A stretch of 64,000 bases of DNA from Candidatus Woesearchaeota archaeon. GTDB taxonomy: Archaea; Nanobdellota; Nanobdellia; Woesearchaeales; GW2011-AR15. Both the position numbers and the translations under genes were made by a program. Location: the NCBI GenBank assembly GCA_016935095.1, contig JAFGRO010000029.1, forward strand, positions 7,313 through 71,312, written 5' to 3'. Positions 28,727-39,715 of the stretch are shown piece after piece. Positions within the stretch are counted from its first letter, which is position 1; each line of letters begins with the position of its first letter. Under the pieces are notes generated by a model, which did no database searches, was not told where the DNA came from, and worked only from the letters and a program-made list of their open reading frames with translations.

Positions 28727-31700
28727 TTATTCAGTAGAATAATCTTTAAACATCTCTATTCTTGGATCAGGAATACTCTCAAGAAGTTCAGGGTCTAAAA
28801 CAATATTCCTAAATTCTTCATAAGTAATAAAGTCATATACTTCCTCAAACTCTCCAACTATTCTTGTTTCATAATGTACATAATAATATCCCTTTTCATG
28901 GTATTGATGCCACATGGTCTGCAAACCATTTTTTGTAAAAACTATGTCATGTGCACCTTTTATTCTTCTTAATTCATCTGTTAACTGTTCTAGCAATACA
29001 TTTGATAGGTCTAGGTGCTCTCCACGATAATCTTCATTAATTTCAATATAAGACTTATAAATTCTTGTAGTTGAACCTGTATGTAGCCATTGATCACATG
29101 TACCCTCATCCCACATAGAATAAAAGCCTACATATTCATTACCATTATTATTAATATCATAAAGTAATATATGTTCCTGATATATATCCATAGTAGAATC
29201 ACGGATAATTAATACAACATACTCCCTCCTATTATACATTACAGATTTAGTCTCAAATTCAATATCATCACCCTTAAGATCTATTTTTACTTCTCCTCCT
29301 ACATAAGTTCTTTTAGTAACTATTCCTCCTTCAATATTATTAAATTCATTTAATCCATCAATACCAATGCTTTTAGCAGTATATTCTCCACCCCTGACAA
29401 TTCCTGCTTCAAGTTCAACTTCAGCTCCATAAAATGATAAATCTGATCCTTCTTGTGCTAATACAACATCCCTGATTCTATATTCATTTCTTTCTGAGAT
29501 AAAGTCAACTTCTGATCTTTCCCGCAATTTGGAAAAACTAGTAATATCACTTACTTCAAATACATTTACTATTGAACCATCCGGTGTTTCAAATACGCGT
29601 AAATTAGCATGTCTTAGCTGATATTGCATTGCTTCAACATTTGTATCTACATTTACCTCAATATCAAAACCAGAGATACCTCCTCCCATGCTATTTACAA
29701 TTGTAGCGAATGAACCAAGCAATGGATGAACACTAGATAGAATTTCTTCACCAACTTCTTCAAGAGCTTCTTGGGCAACTGTACTTACAACTTCAACAAC
29801 AAGTCTTCCCCCAGAAGTCTTTAAAAGAAATCTACCTACAGCATTGCCCATTAATCTTGGTCCAAGAACTCTACTTGGCAATGTAACAATATCATGTATT
29901 AATAATACTACTGCATTTCCTGATTGTGCTGCCTTACTAATAAGATAACTTCCAAGAGAAGGCAGTAGTTTTGTGTATATTGGATTGAATAAAGATGCAA
30001 TAATTTTAGGAATTTCATATCTTTGAAATTCATCAGATTGCCAGAAAAATTTTCCATTCATTGCTTCTAAAACTTGTTCTACTGTTTGGCCTTCTTTATA
30101 TCTTTTAAAAGTAGAAATATCCCCATTATATGTAAGTCCTGCTTTTCCATCTGCCATTAATCCACTTAATAAACTTGAAGATAAAGTATACTCGTCTGTT
30201 TCTCTTAATAATAATGCAGCTTTGAACATTTCCTGACTAGCCTGACTAGGGTCTTTAGGATCTTCAACATTAAGATATAAATTAAATAAAGGATTTTTTT
30301 TTAAATAAACTAAATAACTAAATCCTATAGAAGGATTTAAATTTTCATCAAATTCTGCTTCCATGTAATCAGTAAATTCACCTTTTAGTAGCCCACTCTC
30401 ATATCCATTTGAATTAAATACTTTCTCACCATAAAGTACAACAACACCTCCATCAGCATTTCCATGTTTTGATCCATAAACAACCAGTGGAGTCCTTCCA
30501 GGTGAATTAAATTCCTCTGTTTTCTCAACTGTATTTGGTGGCTCTCTATTATAAACGATGATTCCACCCCATTCACGTATGATAATATTTCTTATTGGCT
30601 CAAGACCATTTACATAATACAAATCAACAATACCTCCATTAAGTGTAATTTGACCTGTATAAAGTCCTGAAACTTCATCTTCTCTTAATTTTTCATCTCC
30701 AATTAATGAATATTTTACATATGTTTTATCATTATGTATTTCAACATAATCATTGCGCATTAATGTTATTGGTTGATTGTCTCTAATTTGAGTTTTTAAA
30801 AACTCTACTCTTCCAAGAAGTTTATTATCTGTTTCTTTCTCTAATTCCTGAACCACTCCAGTAAGAGTAAGTTCTGGATAACGATTAGTAATCTCTTTTA
30901 ATTTTAATGCCGCATTTGTTTTTGCTGTATAATAATATTCCAACCACTGTTGTGGAGTTGTACTAATATCAGCATACATAAAAATTGGATTTGCTGAATT
31001 AATCCCCAGCTGAAGAAAACTAACTATGTCCATTAAAGGACCTCCTTCAAACATAGGTTTAATATCTTTGCCAGAAGCAAGTGCCCAAAAACTATCTGGC
31101 GTAAGTCTAGCTTTAGTTTCATGATAACTAATACTTGCTCCAATAAGTGTCTTTTCAAGTGCATCATTAACAAGAAGATTTCCTTGTGAATAATCAAAAC
31201 CATATTCACTGATAAGCCAATGTTTTCTATGAGCATATTGGAGTTCTTCGACTGCTCTCCAATAAGCCATAATTGCTTCTTTGTATTCTGAAGTTTTAAT
31301 ATTATCATTAGGATCAAAAATATCTGAATCTCCTGATAAAAGTGAATAAGCAGCATGTGTGTATACTTCAGCAAGTGCTGTATTCTCCTCTAGCTCCCAT
31401 AAAAGAATCACTATTTCTTGTACATCCAAATCTGAAAGATCACCAACCACTTGCCATTTATTATCTATATAATCAATTCTTGGATCATTTTTCAGTTCTT
31501 GAAATTTATCCTTAGCAGCTTGTTCAGCCTCTTTTGATTTTCTATAGTTTTTTATAAAAGAACTTCCTTCAGTAAGTAATTCATTTTTGTTAATAAACAA
31601 AACATGTAAAGAGTCAAAATGACAAGTAATTTGAGCAAGCAATCCTGGGGATTCACCACCTCCTTCAATACTTTGTGATAAATACATAAGTGCTGAATAT

Positions 31701-32074
31701 GCATCATCAATGTCTTCTTCAGCTTTATGATTGTTACTTGGATCACCGTCAACTACATATTCTGCTGCACGATCCATATAAAAAAACACTTCCATTAATT
31801 TTCTTGTCTGAATTTCAGTCAAATCAAATGAAATACACTTTCCACACGCTCCTCGATAACGAATCAAATTTTCATAAGAATTAATTAGGTGTCTAACCTG
31901 GCAGTCTTCAACCAAACAAAGATCTTTATCACTAATATCCTTTAAAAGCTCACCATCACATTCCTCAGCAGACAGTGTTTCCTCAGGTTGAACTCCTGGA
32001 CAACATCCAGTCAACAAAACAATCAGTACAATAATACACATAATTATTAATATCTTAGAATTTTTTTTATTCAT
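28727..32074 (-). CDS. Large secreted/lipid-anchored protein (1115 aa) with possible C-terminal GNAT-like domain
   Basis: Signal peptide ending LLTG/CC, Cys-rich N-terminus, helical middle, IEINEDYRGEHLDLSNVLLEQL near the C-terminus. Confidence 0.7.
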   Translation of the reverse strand: MNKKNSKILIIMCIIVLIVLLTGCCPGVQPEETLSAEECDGELLKDISDKDLCLVEDCQVRHLINSYENLIRYRGACGKCISFDLTEIQTRKLMEVFFYMDRAAEYVVDGDPSNNHKAEEDIDDAYSALMYLSQSIEGGGESPGLLAQITCHFDSLHVLFINKNELLTEGSSFIKNYRKSKEAEQAAKDKFQELKNDPRIDYIDNKWQVVGDLSDLDVQEIVILLWELEENTALAEVYTHAAYSLLSGDSDIFDPNDNIKTSEYKEAIMAYWRAVEELQYAHRKHWLISEYGFDYSQGNLLVNDALEKTLIGASISYHETKARLTPDSFWALASGKDIKPMFEGGPLMDIVSFLQLGINSANPIFMYADISTTPQQWLEYYYTAKTNAALKLKEITNRYPELTLTGVVQELEKETDNKLLGRVEFLKTQIRDNQPITLMRNDYVEIHNDKTYVKYSLIGDEKLREDEVSGLYTGQITLNGGIVDLYYVNGLEPIRNIIIREWGGIIVYNREPPNTVEKTEEFNSPGRTPLVVYGSKHGNADGGVVVLYGEKVFNSNGYESGLLKGEFTDYMEAEFDENLNPSIGFSYLVYLKKNPLFNLYLNVEDPKDPSQASQEMFKAALLLRETDEYTLSSSLLSGLMADGKAGLTYNGDISTFKRYKEGQTVEQVLEAMNGKFFWQSDEFQRYEIPKIIASLFNPIYTKLLPSLGSYLISKAAQSGNAVVLLIHDIVTLPSRVLGPRLMGNAVGRFLLKTSGGRLVVEVVSTVAQEALEEVGEEILSSVHPLLGSFATIVNSMGGGISGFDIEVNVDTNVEAMQYQLRHANLRVFETPDGSIVNVFEVSDITSFSKLRERSEVDFISERNEYRIRDVVLAQEGSDLSFYGAEVELEAGIVRGGEYTAKSIGIDGLNEFNNIEGGIVTKRTYVGGEVKIDLKGDDIEFETKSVMYNRREYVVLIIRDSTMDIYQEHILLYDINNNGNEYVGFYSMWDEGTCDQWLHTGSTTRIYKSYIEINEDYRGEHLDLSNVLLEQLTDELRRIKGAHDIVFTKNGLQTMWHQYHEKGYYYVHYETRIVGEFEEVYDFITYEEFRNIVLDPELLESIPDPRIEMFKDYSTE

Positions 32075-32083
32075 CTAATTCTA

Positions 32084-32770
32084 TTAATTTTTATTATACA
32101 ATATAAATTTTACCTTTTCCCAGACTTTCTCAGCAATCTTTTCTTTATCTAATATTTCATCATTTTCAAAGCAATCTATTCTTATCCAATTATTAGTTTT
32201 AACTAACTCAAGATAAGCTGATTCAACCTTTTTTAAATAGGTTCTATCTTTTTCATGGATGTCTTTTTTCTTGCCATCAAGATATTCACGACTTTCCTTA
32301 GTCTTAATCCATTTTTGTGTTATCTCCAGAGGCACATGGAGATATATCACTAAATCAGGCTTAGGTATTTTATTTATTTTATATTCAAGCTCATCTATCC
32401 AGTCCAAAAATAAATTTTTTTTTTCTTCAGAGCTAAATTTTGCTGAGCCGTATGCCTTGTTAGATGGCACATACCTGTTTGAAACAATGATTTTTCCCTG
32501 CTTAAGCCATCTCTCGATATTTGGCTTTGCCTCTGCCCTGTCCTGGGCATATAATAAAGAAGAGAGATAAGGCGAAATCTGGTTTATCCTGCCGAATTCC
32601 CCTCTTAGGTAGCGTGCAATTAACTTGCCAAAAAAACCAGTATAATACTGGGGAAAGTCAGCCTGCTCTACTTCATAGCCCTTTTCACTAAGCTGTTTTA
32701 TAAGCAAATCCGCCTGGGTCCTCTTCCCTGAAGAATCATTTCCCTCAATTACAATAAGTTTGCCCTGCAT
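32084..32770 (-). CDS. tmk: Thymidylate kinase
   Basis: LIVIEGNDSSGKRTQ, FP.Y, LYAQDR, NRYVPSN, PDLVIYL. Confidence 0.93.
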   Translation of the reverse strand: MQGKLIVIEGNDSSGKRTQADLLIKQLSEKGYEVEQADFPQYYTGFFGKLIARYLRGEFGRINQISPYLSSLLYAQDRAEAKPNIERWLKQGKIIVSNRYVPSNKAYGSAKFSSEEKKNLFLDWIDELEYKINKIPKPDLVIYLHVPLEITQKWIKTKESREYLDGKKKDIHEKDRTYLKKVESAYLELVKTNNWIRIDCFENDEILDKEKIAEKVWEKVKFILYNKN

Positions 32771-32845
32771 ATATTAAAAAAAAATAAGTTAATATATAAG
32801 ATTTATCAAAAAAGTATATAAAAAGACTTGTTTTCTATATTTACC

Positions 32846-33409
32846 ATGGGGGTAATCATTGCTGTTGTCGGCATGTGCGGTTCTGGGAAGTCTGTTCTGA
32901 CAGAATATTTAATAGAGAAAGGTTTTTCTAAACTAAGGTTCGGCCAGATTACAATGGACAAATTAAAAGAGAATAACCTCGAAATTAATGAAAAAAACGA
33001 GCGCTTAACTAGGGAAAAGCTAAGAGAGCAGTATGGAATGGCAGCATACGCAATCCTCAATATCCCAAAAATCAAAGAATTAATTAAAAGCAATGAAAGG
33101 ATTGTTCTGGACGGATTATATTCCTGGGAGGAATATCTGGTTTTAAAAAAAGAATTTCCCGGAATGATTGTTATTGCAGTTTATGCTTCTCCTGAAACAA
33201 GATACAAAAGACTAAATTCAAGAAAGGTAAGACCTTTAAGCAATGAAGAATCTTGTTCACGTGATAAATCAGAAATAGAAAATGTGCATAAAGCAGGGCC
33301 GATTGCAATGGCTGACTTTACTCTGGTTAATGAATCTTCATTAGAAAACTTAAAAAATAACTTAGAATTATTATTTAAAAAAACTGAAAATGAAAAAAAG
33401 ACCAAGTAA
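32846..33409 (+). CDS. P-loop nucleotide kinase (dephospho-CoA/NMP kinase-like)
   Basis: IAVVGMCGSGKS, LDGLYSWEE, RD.SEI, GPIAMAD. Confidence 0.8.
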   Translation: MGVIIAVVGMCGSGKSVLTEYLIEKGFSKLRFGQITMDKLKENNLEINEKNERLTREKLREQYGMAAYAILNIPKIKELIKSNERIVLDGLYSWEEYLVLKKEFPGMIVIAVYASPETRYKRLNSRKVRPLSNEESCSRDKSEIENVHKAGPIAMADFTLVNESSLENLKNNLELLFKKTENEKKTK

Positions 33410-33935
33410 GGATGAATATTATATAGACATTGCACGAGAAGTGAGCAGAAGGTCTACCTGCTTAAGGAGAAGGTATGGAGCTGTTATAGTTTCAGAAAGT
33501 GATAAAATCATATCTACAGGATATAATGGTGCTATCAGAAAAGCTATTGACTGCCTTGAAATAGGAAAATGCATGAGAAAAGAATTAAATATCAATCATG
33601 GGGAAAGGTATGAGTTATGCAAGGCATTTCATGCAGAGCAGAATGCTATTCTGAGTGCAAATCCAATGGAAAGAAAAGGCGCTACTCTTTACCTGTACGG
33701 TGAAAATTCCAATGGCAAAGTTGAGGACGCAAACCCATGCATGATGTGCCGGAGAATGATTGTACAAGGAGAGCTTAAATTGGTAAAGGCACTGCAGGCA
33801 GATGGTTCTATTAAAGTATTAGATGTAAAGGATTTTGTTTATGCTGAGGATAAAGGAGATAACTTTCCGGAAGAGATTATAAAAACAAAAGAATTTAAAA
33901 GATATATTAAATATTTTAAGAAATTAAATCTGTAA
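33390..33935 (+). CDS. dCMP deaminase (ComEB family)
   Basis: RSTCLRR, TGYNG, HAEQNA, PCMMC. Confidence 0.93.
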   Translation: MKKRPSKDEYYIDIAREVSRRSTCLRRRYGAVIVSESDKIISTGYNGAIRKAIDCLEIGKCMRKELNINHGERYELCKAFHAEQNAILSANPMERKGATLYLYGENSNGKVEDANPCMMCRRMIVQGELKLVKALQADGSIKVLDVKDFVYAEDKGDNFPEEIIKTKEFKRYIKYFKKLNL

Positions 33936-34170
33936 TCTCTATGATTTTTTGTTTTGATTTAAATCCTGAAACAATCCTCACATTTTTTTTGGTTAACCTG
34001 GAAAAAAACTTAATAATTGCAATATTGGCTTTGTTGTCTTCTGCTTTTTCTTTGATATTTATTCTTAGTGCCTGCTTATTTTCATCCCAGTTAATAATTT
34101 CATTTTTAGGGGAATTCGGCTTTACAATAATCTGTAATCTGTTATTTTGGATATATTCATCAATGTTCAT
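33916..34170 (-). CDS. DUF167/YggU family protein
   Basis: VKPNS...AEDNKAN...IVSGFKSKQK. Confidence 0.88.
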   Translation of the reverse strand: MNIDEYIQNNRLQIIVKPNSPKNEIINWDENKQALRINIKEKAEDNKANIAIIKFFSRLTKKNVRIVSGFKSKQKIIEITDLIS

Positions 34171-34907
34171 TTTATCAAATTCTGTATCCTTTCAATACCA
34201 TTAAAAAATAATCTTTGTTTAAATCCATATTTCAGTTCAGTTCCTGTACAATAATTTTTCTTTTTTTTTATATTATCTAAAAACTCATCAAGATTGTCTG
34301 CTTTTGAATAAGTAATGCTTTTCCCTATTTCAAAGGTTGAGTGGCTGTCGCTTCCGGCTGTAAATGATTTCTGGTTTTTTTCAGCGTATTTTATTGCAGA
34401 GAGATTTCTTTGTCTTGTGCTTCCTGAATTAATTACTTCAATGCAGTCAGTTAGTTCAGATTCAGCAGGATTCTTATATTTTCCAGGATGTGCAAAACTT
34501 GATATACAATTATATCTTTTTGAAGATTCAATAATCTCTCTATGGTCTTTTAAAATCCTTGACATAAATCTATTGCCTTTTTTATGTTTAATGAGTTCTT
34601 TAATGAAAAACTCTTTAAGTTCTGAGGCATTGTAAAAATAAAACAAGACATCAATTCCATTTTTATCTTTGACTTCTATGCCAGCAATAATATTTTCATG
34701 TTGTAAAACCAAAGCTCCTTTTACTTCATTATGGTCTGTTATTGCAACTCCTATTTTCAATTGATCTAATCTTTTTTTTAAAGTAGAAAGTTTAGTGGAA
34801 CCATCACTATACATTGTATGGTAGTGCATGTCAATGCATTTATAGCCATTAGAAATAAGCTTAGGAAGATTTGGCTTAGAAAACTTTATATTTTCGGAAT
34901 AATCCAT
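34167..34907 (-). CDS. PHP-family phosphoesterase
   Basis: DMHYHT.YSDG, AITDHN, AHP, GSDSH. Confidence 0.9.
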   Translation of the reverse strand: MDYSENIKFSKPNLPKLISNGYKCIDMHYHTMYSDGSTKLSTLKKRLDQLKIGVAITDHNEVKGALVLQHENIIAGIEVKDKNGIDVLFYFYNASELKEFFIKELIKHKKGNRFMSRILKDHREIIESSKRYNCISSFAHPGKYKNPAESELTDCIEVINSGSTRQRNLSAIKYAEKNQKSFTAGSDSHSTFEIGKSITYSKADNLDEFLDNIKKKKNYCTGTELKYGFKQRLFFNGIERIQNLIK

Positions 34908-34912
34908 GTTAT

Positions 34913-35230
34913 CTAACCATAGTCACGCCAGATATGCTTGCATTTCTCGCATTTAAGGAATTTTGTCTCTGGCTCGTCTCCTGCACGGGTCTGCACAAGC
35001 CAGAAATATGCTTTCCTGTGATGGCACTTGGGGCACTCTGTTTCTGTAATGGGAAGAGCCTCGATTTCCTCATCAACAGGCTCAATATTTTTTTCAGGCT
35101 TTTTTATTACTTCTTTTATCTCTATATTCTCAGGCTTTTTATTAGTATAGCCGCATGAACAGCTGAGGACATTCTTCTTATTTTCTTTTTTTGGTATCAG
35201 CAATGAACCGCATTTCGGGCAAAACATCAT
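34913..35230 (-). CDS. tfs: Transcription factor S (TFS)
   Basis: FCPKCGSLL and CPKC...QTRAGDEP.T.F..C..C...WR. Confidence 0.95.
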   Translation of the reverse strand: MMFCPKCGSLLIPKKENKKNVLSCSCGYTNKKPENIEIKEVIKKPEKNIEPVDEEIEALPITETECPKCHHRKAYFWLVQTRAGDEPETKFLKCEKCKHIWRDYG

Positions 35231-35240
35231 TTTTTTTCAC

Positions 35241-35972
35241 TTAAATTGGAACATATTTGTAAATTCCGATAAATTTTAAAATATCAACAAACCATATCTT
35301 GATATATCCCAGCAAAGGAATCCTGAATACTGCTTTTCCTATAAGCCTTTCTTCAGTTATACTTGATTCAGATATATCTGAATCAGAGTTATGGTCTCCT
35401 TTTGTCTGGAAATAGTATTTGCCGTCAGAGTCCCATTTTTTAACAACCCTGTGTATAATTGGATCGGGCCTGTTGCCTCTGAATACAATAACATCCCCTG
35501 TTTTTACCTTTTCTGGTTTTCTGCCAAACAGAACAATAATATCACCTGTGTTAAAGCCGTTTTTAAAGTTATATGTTTTAAAATCATCTTTTGTTATATT
35601 ATAATTTTCATACCATGAACCGCAGATATCCCAGAAATCATCAAAATTCCTGAAATTTTTAAAATTAAAAAAAGATTTGTCTTTATAGTGCTCTTCTGTA
35701 CAGAAATAATATATCAGTTTACCGTCCTGGTTCAGGATATAATTCCCCGTATAAGGGTTAACTCTCGGAGCATACGCGTGCTCCATGCTTCCTGAGACAA
35801 CAGCCACTACAGGATGTGTTGTCCCGAATAAAAAACCCAACCCGGGATAAACAATAAATTTAATTAAAACAAATGCAAGTACAATATTGACCAGCCATGA
35901 CCATATACTGTCCTCTTCCCATATAAATCTCCAAATTCTTCCTAAAAGTGTCTTTTTTTTGTTTTTAGACAT
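35241..35972 (-). CDS. Signal peptidase I (Sec11 type)
   Basis: VVSGSM, GD, PIIHRVV, TKGDHN. Confidence 0.93.
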   Translation of the reverse strand: MSKNKKKTLLGRIWRFIWEEDSIWSWLVNIVLAFVLIKFIVYPGLGFLFGTTHPVVAVVSGSMEHAYAPRVNPYTGNYILNQDGKLIYYFCTEEHYKDKSFFNFKNFRNFDDFWDICGSWYENYNITKDDFKTYNFKNGFNTGDIIVLFGRKPEKVKTGDVIVFRGNRPDPIIHRVVKKWDSDGKYYFQTKGDHNSDSDISESSITEERLIGKAVFRIPLLGYIKIWFVDILKFIGIYKYVPI

Positions 35973-36031
35973 ATTCTATACTAAGCAAAAAGCAAATTAT
36001 TAAAAATTTTTGGGTTTTTTATCTGTAAAGT

Positions 36032-36541
36032 ATGATAAATCCATTTAAATCAAGAAATCCAGAAATTCATGAATCCTGTTATATTGCAGATTCAGCACAG
36101 ATTATAGGGAATGTCAAGATAGGCAGTAATTCAAGCGTATGGCCTAATGCCGTTTTAAGGGGGGATATGAACTCTATTGGAATTGGAAAAAACACTAATA
36201 TTCAGGATAATACAACAGTGCATATTGGTCCAAAGAATTCTGTTAAAATAGGTAATAATATAACAATAGGCCATAATTGTATAATACACGGCTGTATAAT
36301 TGAAGATAATTGCCTAATAGGGATGGGCTCTGTGATAATGAACGGCTCTGTAATAGAAAAAAATTCAATAATCGGAGCAGGTGCAGTTGTAACAGAAGGA
36401 AAAAATATCCCTGAAAATTCCCTTGTATTAGGTATTCCAGGAAAGGTTATAAGAAAACTGACTAAAAAAGATATTGAAAGGATTAATTTAAATTGTAAGG
36501 AATATCTGGAATTAGCAGAAGAGTATAAAAAAAATAAATAA
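36032..36541 (+). CDS. Gamma carbonic anhydrase-like hexapeptide-repeat protein
   Basis: LRGD, NIQD..VH, TIGH..IHGC. Confidence 0.92.
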   Translation: MINPFKSRNPEIHESCYIADSAQIIGNVKIGSNSSVWPNAVLRGDMNSIGIGKNTNIQDNTTVHIGPKNSVKIGNNITIGHNCIIHGCIIEDNCLIGMGSVIMNGSVIEKNSIIGAGAVVTEGKNIPENSLVLGIPGKVIRKLTKKDIERINLNCKEYLELAEEYKKNK

Positions 36542-36542
36542 C

Positions 36543-37421
36543 ATGTCAAAAAACAAAGCAGGTAATAATATCAAAGGATTCATCTATGTTTTTTTGTTTT
36601 CAATCTCATGGGCAATTGACGCAATAATAGCAAAACTTGCATATAAAAAAGGAGCAGACCCTTTTGTATTTTCATATCAGACTTTGCTTCTGGCAAGTTT
36701 TCTGATGATTGGATATACATTTATCTTAAAAAACAAATCCTCTCTAAAACTCACTAAAAAAGACATCCCTTTAATGATTTTTCTCGGGTTTCTTGCAAAC
36801 GGGGTTGGCACAGCTTTTGAGCAGGTTGGATTAAAACTTTCATTTGCCACAAATTACGGGTTTATTATAAAAACAGCTACGTTTTTTGTTGTTATTTTTG
36901 CATTTTTAATATTAAAAGAAAAGATTTCATTCAAAAAAATGATTTTATTATTTTGTCTTTTACTGGGCTCTTACTTTATATCAACAAAAGGGGAATCATT
37001 AATTCCTGCTTTAGGAGATATTTTCATTATATCAGCAGCTTTATGTTTTGCTTTAGTTGCAGTTTTATCCAAAAAAATTATTAATAGAAATTCAGCTGAG
37101 TTTCTTTCATTTTTCAGATTATTTTCCGGAGGATTTACTTTATTTACTATTTCTTTGATTTTAGGGAAGAATATTCTAAATACTTTGTACTTTTTCTATA
37201 TGCTGATTGATAGTGTTTTCAGATTTTTACTTATTTTATTCCTGTATAAGACTATTGAAATAAAATCAGCATCATACATGACAATGATGTCAATGATGTT
37301 TTCTGTGTTTGTTGCAGTATTTAGTTATTTTATCTTTGGGGAGACAATGAACCTGGTTCAGATACTTGGCGCTATAATGATCATTGGTTCTGTTGTTTTA
37401 ATTCAGAAATCAGAAATATAA
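36543..37421 (+). CDS. EamA/DMT family transporter
   Basis: Ten TM segments, ILKEKI, GD, FGE. Confidence 0.9.
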   Translation: MSKNKAGNNIKGFIYVFLFSISWAIDAIIAKLAYKKGADPFVFSYQTLLLASFLMIGYTFILKNKSSLKLTKKDIPLMIFLGFLANGVGTAFEQVGLKLSFATNYGFIIKTATFFVVIFAFLILKEKISFKKMILLFCLLLGSYFISTKGESLIPALGDIFIISAALCFALVAVLSKKIINRNSAEFLSFFRLFSGGFTLFTISLILGKNILNTLYFFYMLIDSVFRFLLILFLYKTIEIKSASYMTMMSMMFSVFVAVFSYFIFGETMNLVQILGAIMIIGSVVLIQKSEI

Positions 37422-37459
37422 TCCATACTTTTTTAAATTCTTAATAACTTATTAATTAT

Positions 37460-38407
37460 ATGAAATTCTGCCCAAGCTGCGGAAAAAGCATAAAAAAAGG
37501 AACATTCTGCAAAGAGTGCGAGCCTTTGCCTGAGATTAAAGTAAAGGAAATAAAACTCAGATTGTGCTCTGGATGCAGCAGGTATTTCCATAAAAATAAA
37601 TGGAACAGGTTCAATAAAATTGAACATGTAATTGAAAAAGTTGCCAGAGAGCAGTTAATTAAGCAATTAGAAGAATTCCAGGTTAAAGTAAAGCTCCCAA
37701 AATATACTAATAATGCCGGTGTAAATGTCAAATTCGAGATTGAAATCATAAAAGGGAATAATTGCTTTGTCCTGCCCGGGAGCTTAGACATAACTTATTG
37801 CAGTATCTGCTCCAAAAAAGACACAGAATATTTTGAAGGGAATCTTCAATTAAGAAACCCTACTCAGTATATTCTTGATTTTATTGACAATTATTTTACA
37901 AACCAGAATAAAAGGGTTTTAATCACAAAGAAGATAAAACAAAAAAACGGGATTGACATAAAAATCACATCAAAAAAACATCTCCAGGATCTGGGCAATA
38001 AATTGCAGGATAATTTTGGGGGCACTCTTAAAATAAGCCCACACCTACAGACATTTGACCACCAGACAAGCAAACATGTTTACAGGCTGAATGTCTATTT
38101 TAAAGCGCTTGATTTCAATGTGAATGATGTAATCAAATCAGACAATAAACTAATTAAGATAAGCAAACTCGGAAAGATTGTCTACGGAAAAGACATAAAG
38201 AACAACAAGTCTGTTTCAATAGACCTGAAAAATAAAGAATATACTGTGCTGGAGAAGCACATAACTTCTGTTTCAAAAATCCATCCTTACACAGAGATTC
38301 TGCACCCCAAGACCTACCAATCAGTTAGGATTGAAAATAAGAAAAAAGTCCAGATTGGGGAAAGGGTAAAAGTTGTGATTGACGGGGGAGAGAGTTATAT
38401 TGTATAG
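37460..38407 (+). CDS. nmd3: Nmd3 family ribosome biogenesis protein
   Basis: Four CxxC, YFEGNLQLR, GID, C-terminal OB region HP.TY. Confidence 0.88.
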   Translation: MKFCPSCGKSIKKGTFCKECEPLPEIKVKEIKLRLCSGCSRYFHKNKWNRFNKIEHVIEKVAREQLIKQLEEFQVKVKLPKYTNNAGVNVKFEIEIIKGNNCFVLPGSLDITYCSICSKKDTEYFEGNLQLRNPTQYILDFIDNYFTNQNKRVLITKKIKQKNGIDIKITSKKHLQDLGNKLQDNFGGTLKISPHLQTFDHQTSKHVYRLNVYFKALDFNVNDVIKSDNKLIKISKLGKIVYGKDIKNNKSVSIDLKNKEYTVLEKHITSVSKIHPYTEILHPKTYQSVRIENKKKVQIGERVKVVIDGGESYIV

Positions 38408-38409
38408 TT

Positions 38410-39594
38410 TTATTCAGAATATCTCTCTTTTCTGTACTCCTCGACAATATTCTTTAATAAATCTTCATCATATCTCTTCTTATTTGATTCTTTTTTAAGA
38501 ATTGAGTCAAATTCATTCTTATTTACAAAAGCGAAATCCCCTATCTCGTTTAATTTAAAATTATTTTTGTTAATTAAAATAAAATTATTATTTAGAAGCC
38601 TGCCGGGGTTTTTATTATACATAAGGATATTAATTTTTCTATTAATTAGCTCAGCAATTATTTTAGAAGAGACAATGCTTATATCCTCTACCAATAATAT
38701 ATCCTTTTCTTTGATTTTCAATAATTTACTTTTCTTATTGAATTCTTCCCTGCTCAGGTCATCCAGTTTTTTAATCAAAACATAATCATTTGCAGAAGTA
38801 ATCAGATTATTCAGGTTCTGGATTTTATCTTCAAATTCTTTAATTTTCCTGTTCTGGTTTTCAATTAATTTTTCAAAAAACAGTATCTTCTGCTCCTTAA
38901 ATGAAAGAAGCTTCCTGGTTTCTTTGTCCAAATCAATTTTTTTGTTTTCCTGTTTTCTCAGCTCATTATTCTGTTTATTCAGCTCCTGCGAAAGCTTCAG
39001 ATTCTGTGATTTCAGTAATAGAATCTGTTTTTGTTCTTTTGAAAGTTTTTTTTGGGGTGTAGATTGTCTCATTCTTTTTTTCTTGATTTTTTTAATTATC
39101 TCATCGCCCTGCTTTTCAATTAAATTAAGGGCTTTGCTTATGCTTATTTCCTCAAGAATTACAATCTGTATGATTTTTTCTTTTAGATTTAGTTTGTTCT
39201 GTTTTTTCAGGCTGTTGTTAATCTTTTTTATCAGCTGCCTGTATTCATTATATGCAAAGATTGCGCTTGCCAATGCGTCTGTCTCGTGCGCATTCCTTGT
39301 GAATTTGTACAGCTTATTATCCTGGACAATCCTCTTCTTCTCGCCTTTTTTCATGTCATATCTAGGAGCAAGTATCTTTGCGCCTATTTTATTTGAGACT
39401 GATTTTATAAATGAGGGAATCTCTTTTTTATCTGTCCCGATAATAACCGGATCCCCTAGATATATGATTGAAGAAATCATCTCTGATAATGAGAATTCTT
39501 TTTTTGAGCTTATTGCAATAAGATTAAAATCAAAATCAAGGACAGCATATGCTGATGTTGTTCCGGGGTCAATGCCGATTATCAAAGGTCTCAT
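38410..39594 (-). CDS. DUF460 RNase H-like/coiled-coil protein
   Basis: IIGIDPGTT, GTDK, NAHETDALASA, coiled coil. Confidence 0.85.
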   Translation of the reverse strand: MRPLIIGIDPGTTSAYAVLDFDFNLIAISSKKEFSLSEMISSIIYLGDPVIIGTDKKEIPSFIKSVSNKIGAKILAPRYDMKKGEKKRIVQDNKLYKFTRNAHETDALASAIFAYNEYRQLIKKINNSLKKQNKLNLKEKIIQIVILEEISISKALNLIEKQGDEIIKKIKKKRMRQSTPQKKLSKEQKQILLLKSQNLKLSQELNKQNNELRKQENKKIDLDKETRKLLSFKEQKILFFEKLIENQNRKIKEFEDKIQNLNNLITSANDYVLIKKLDDLSREEFNKKSKLLKIKEKDILLVEDISIVSSKIIAELINRKINILMYNKNPGRLLNNNFILINKNNFKLNEIGDFAFVNKNEFDSILKKESNKKRYDEDLLKNIVEEYRKERYSE

Positions 39595-39715
39595 TGAATA
39601 AAAGGGAATTGAAATTTATATTAAAATATTGGGGAGAAAGAACATGTATTTATTTGAGAATAGTAATGTTTTTATATAAACTAATTTAACTAAAATTTAT
39701 TAGAAGGGGTTTAAT

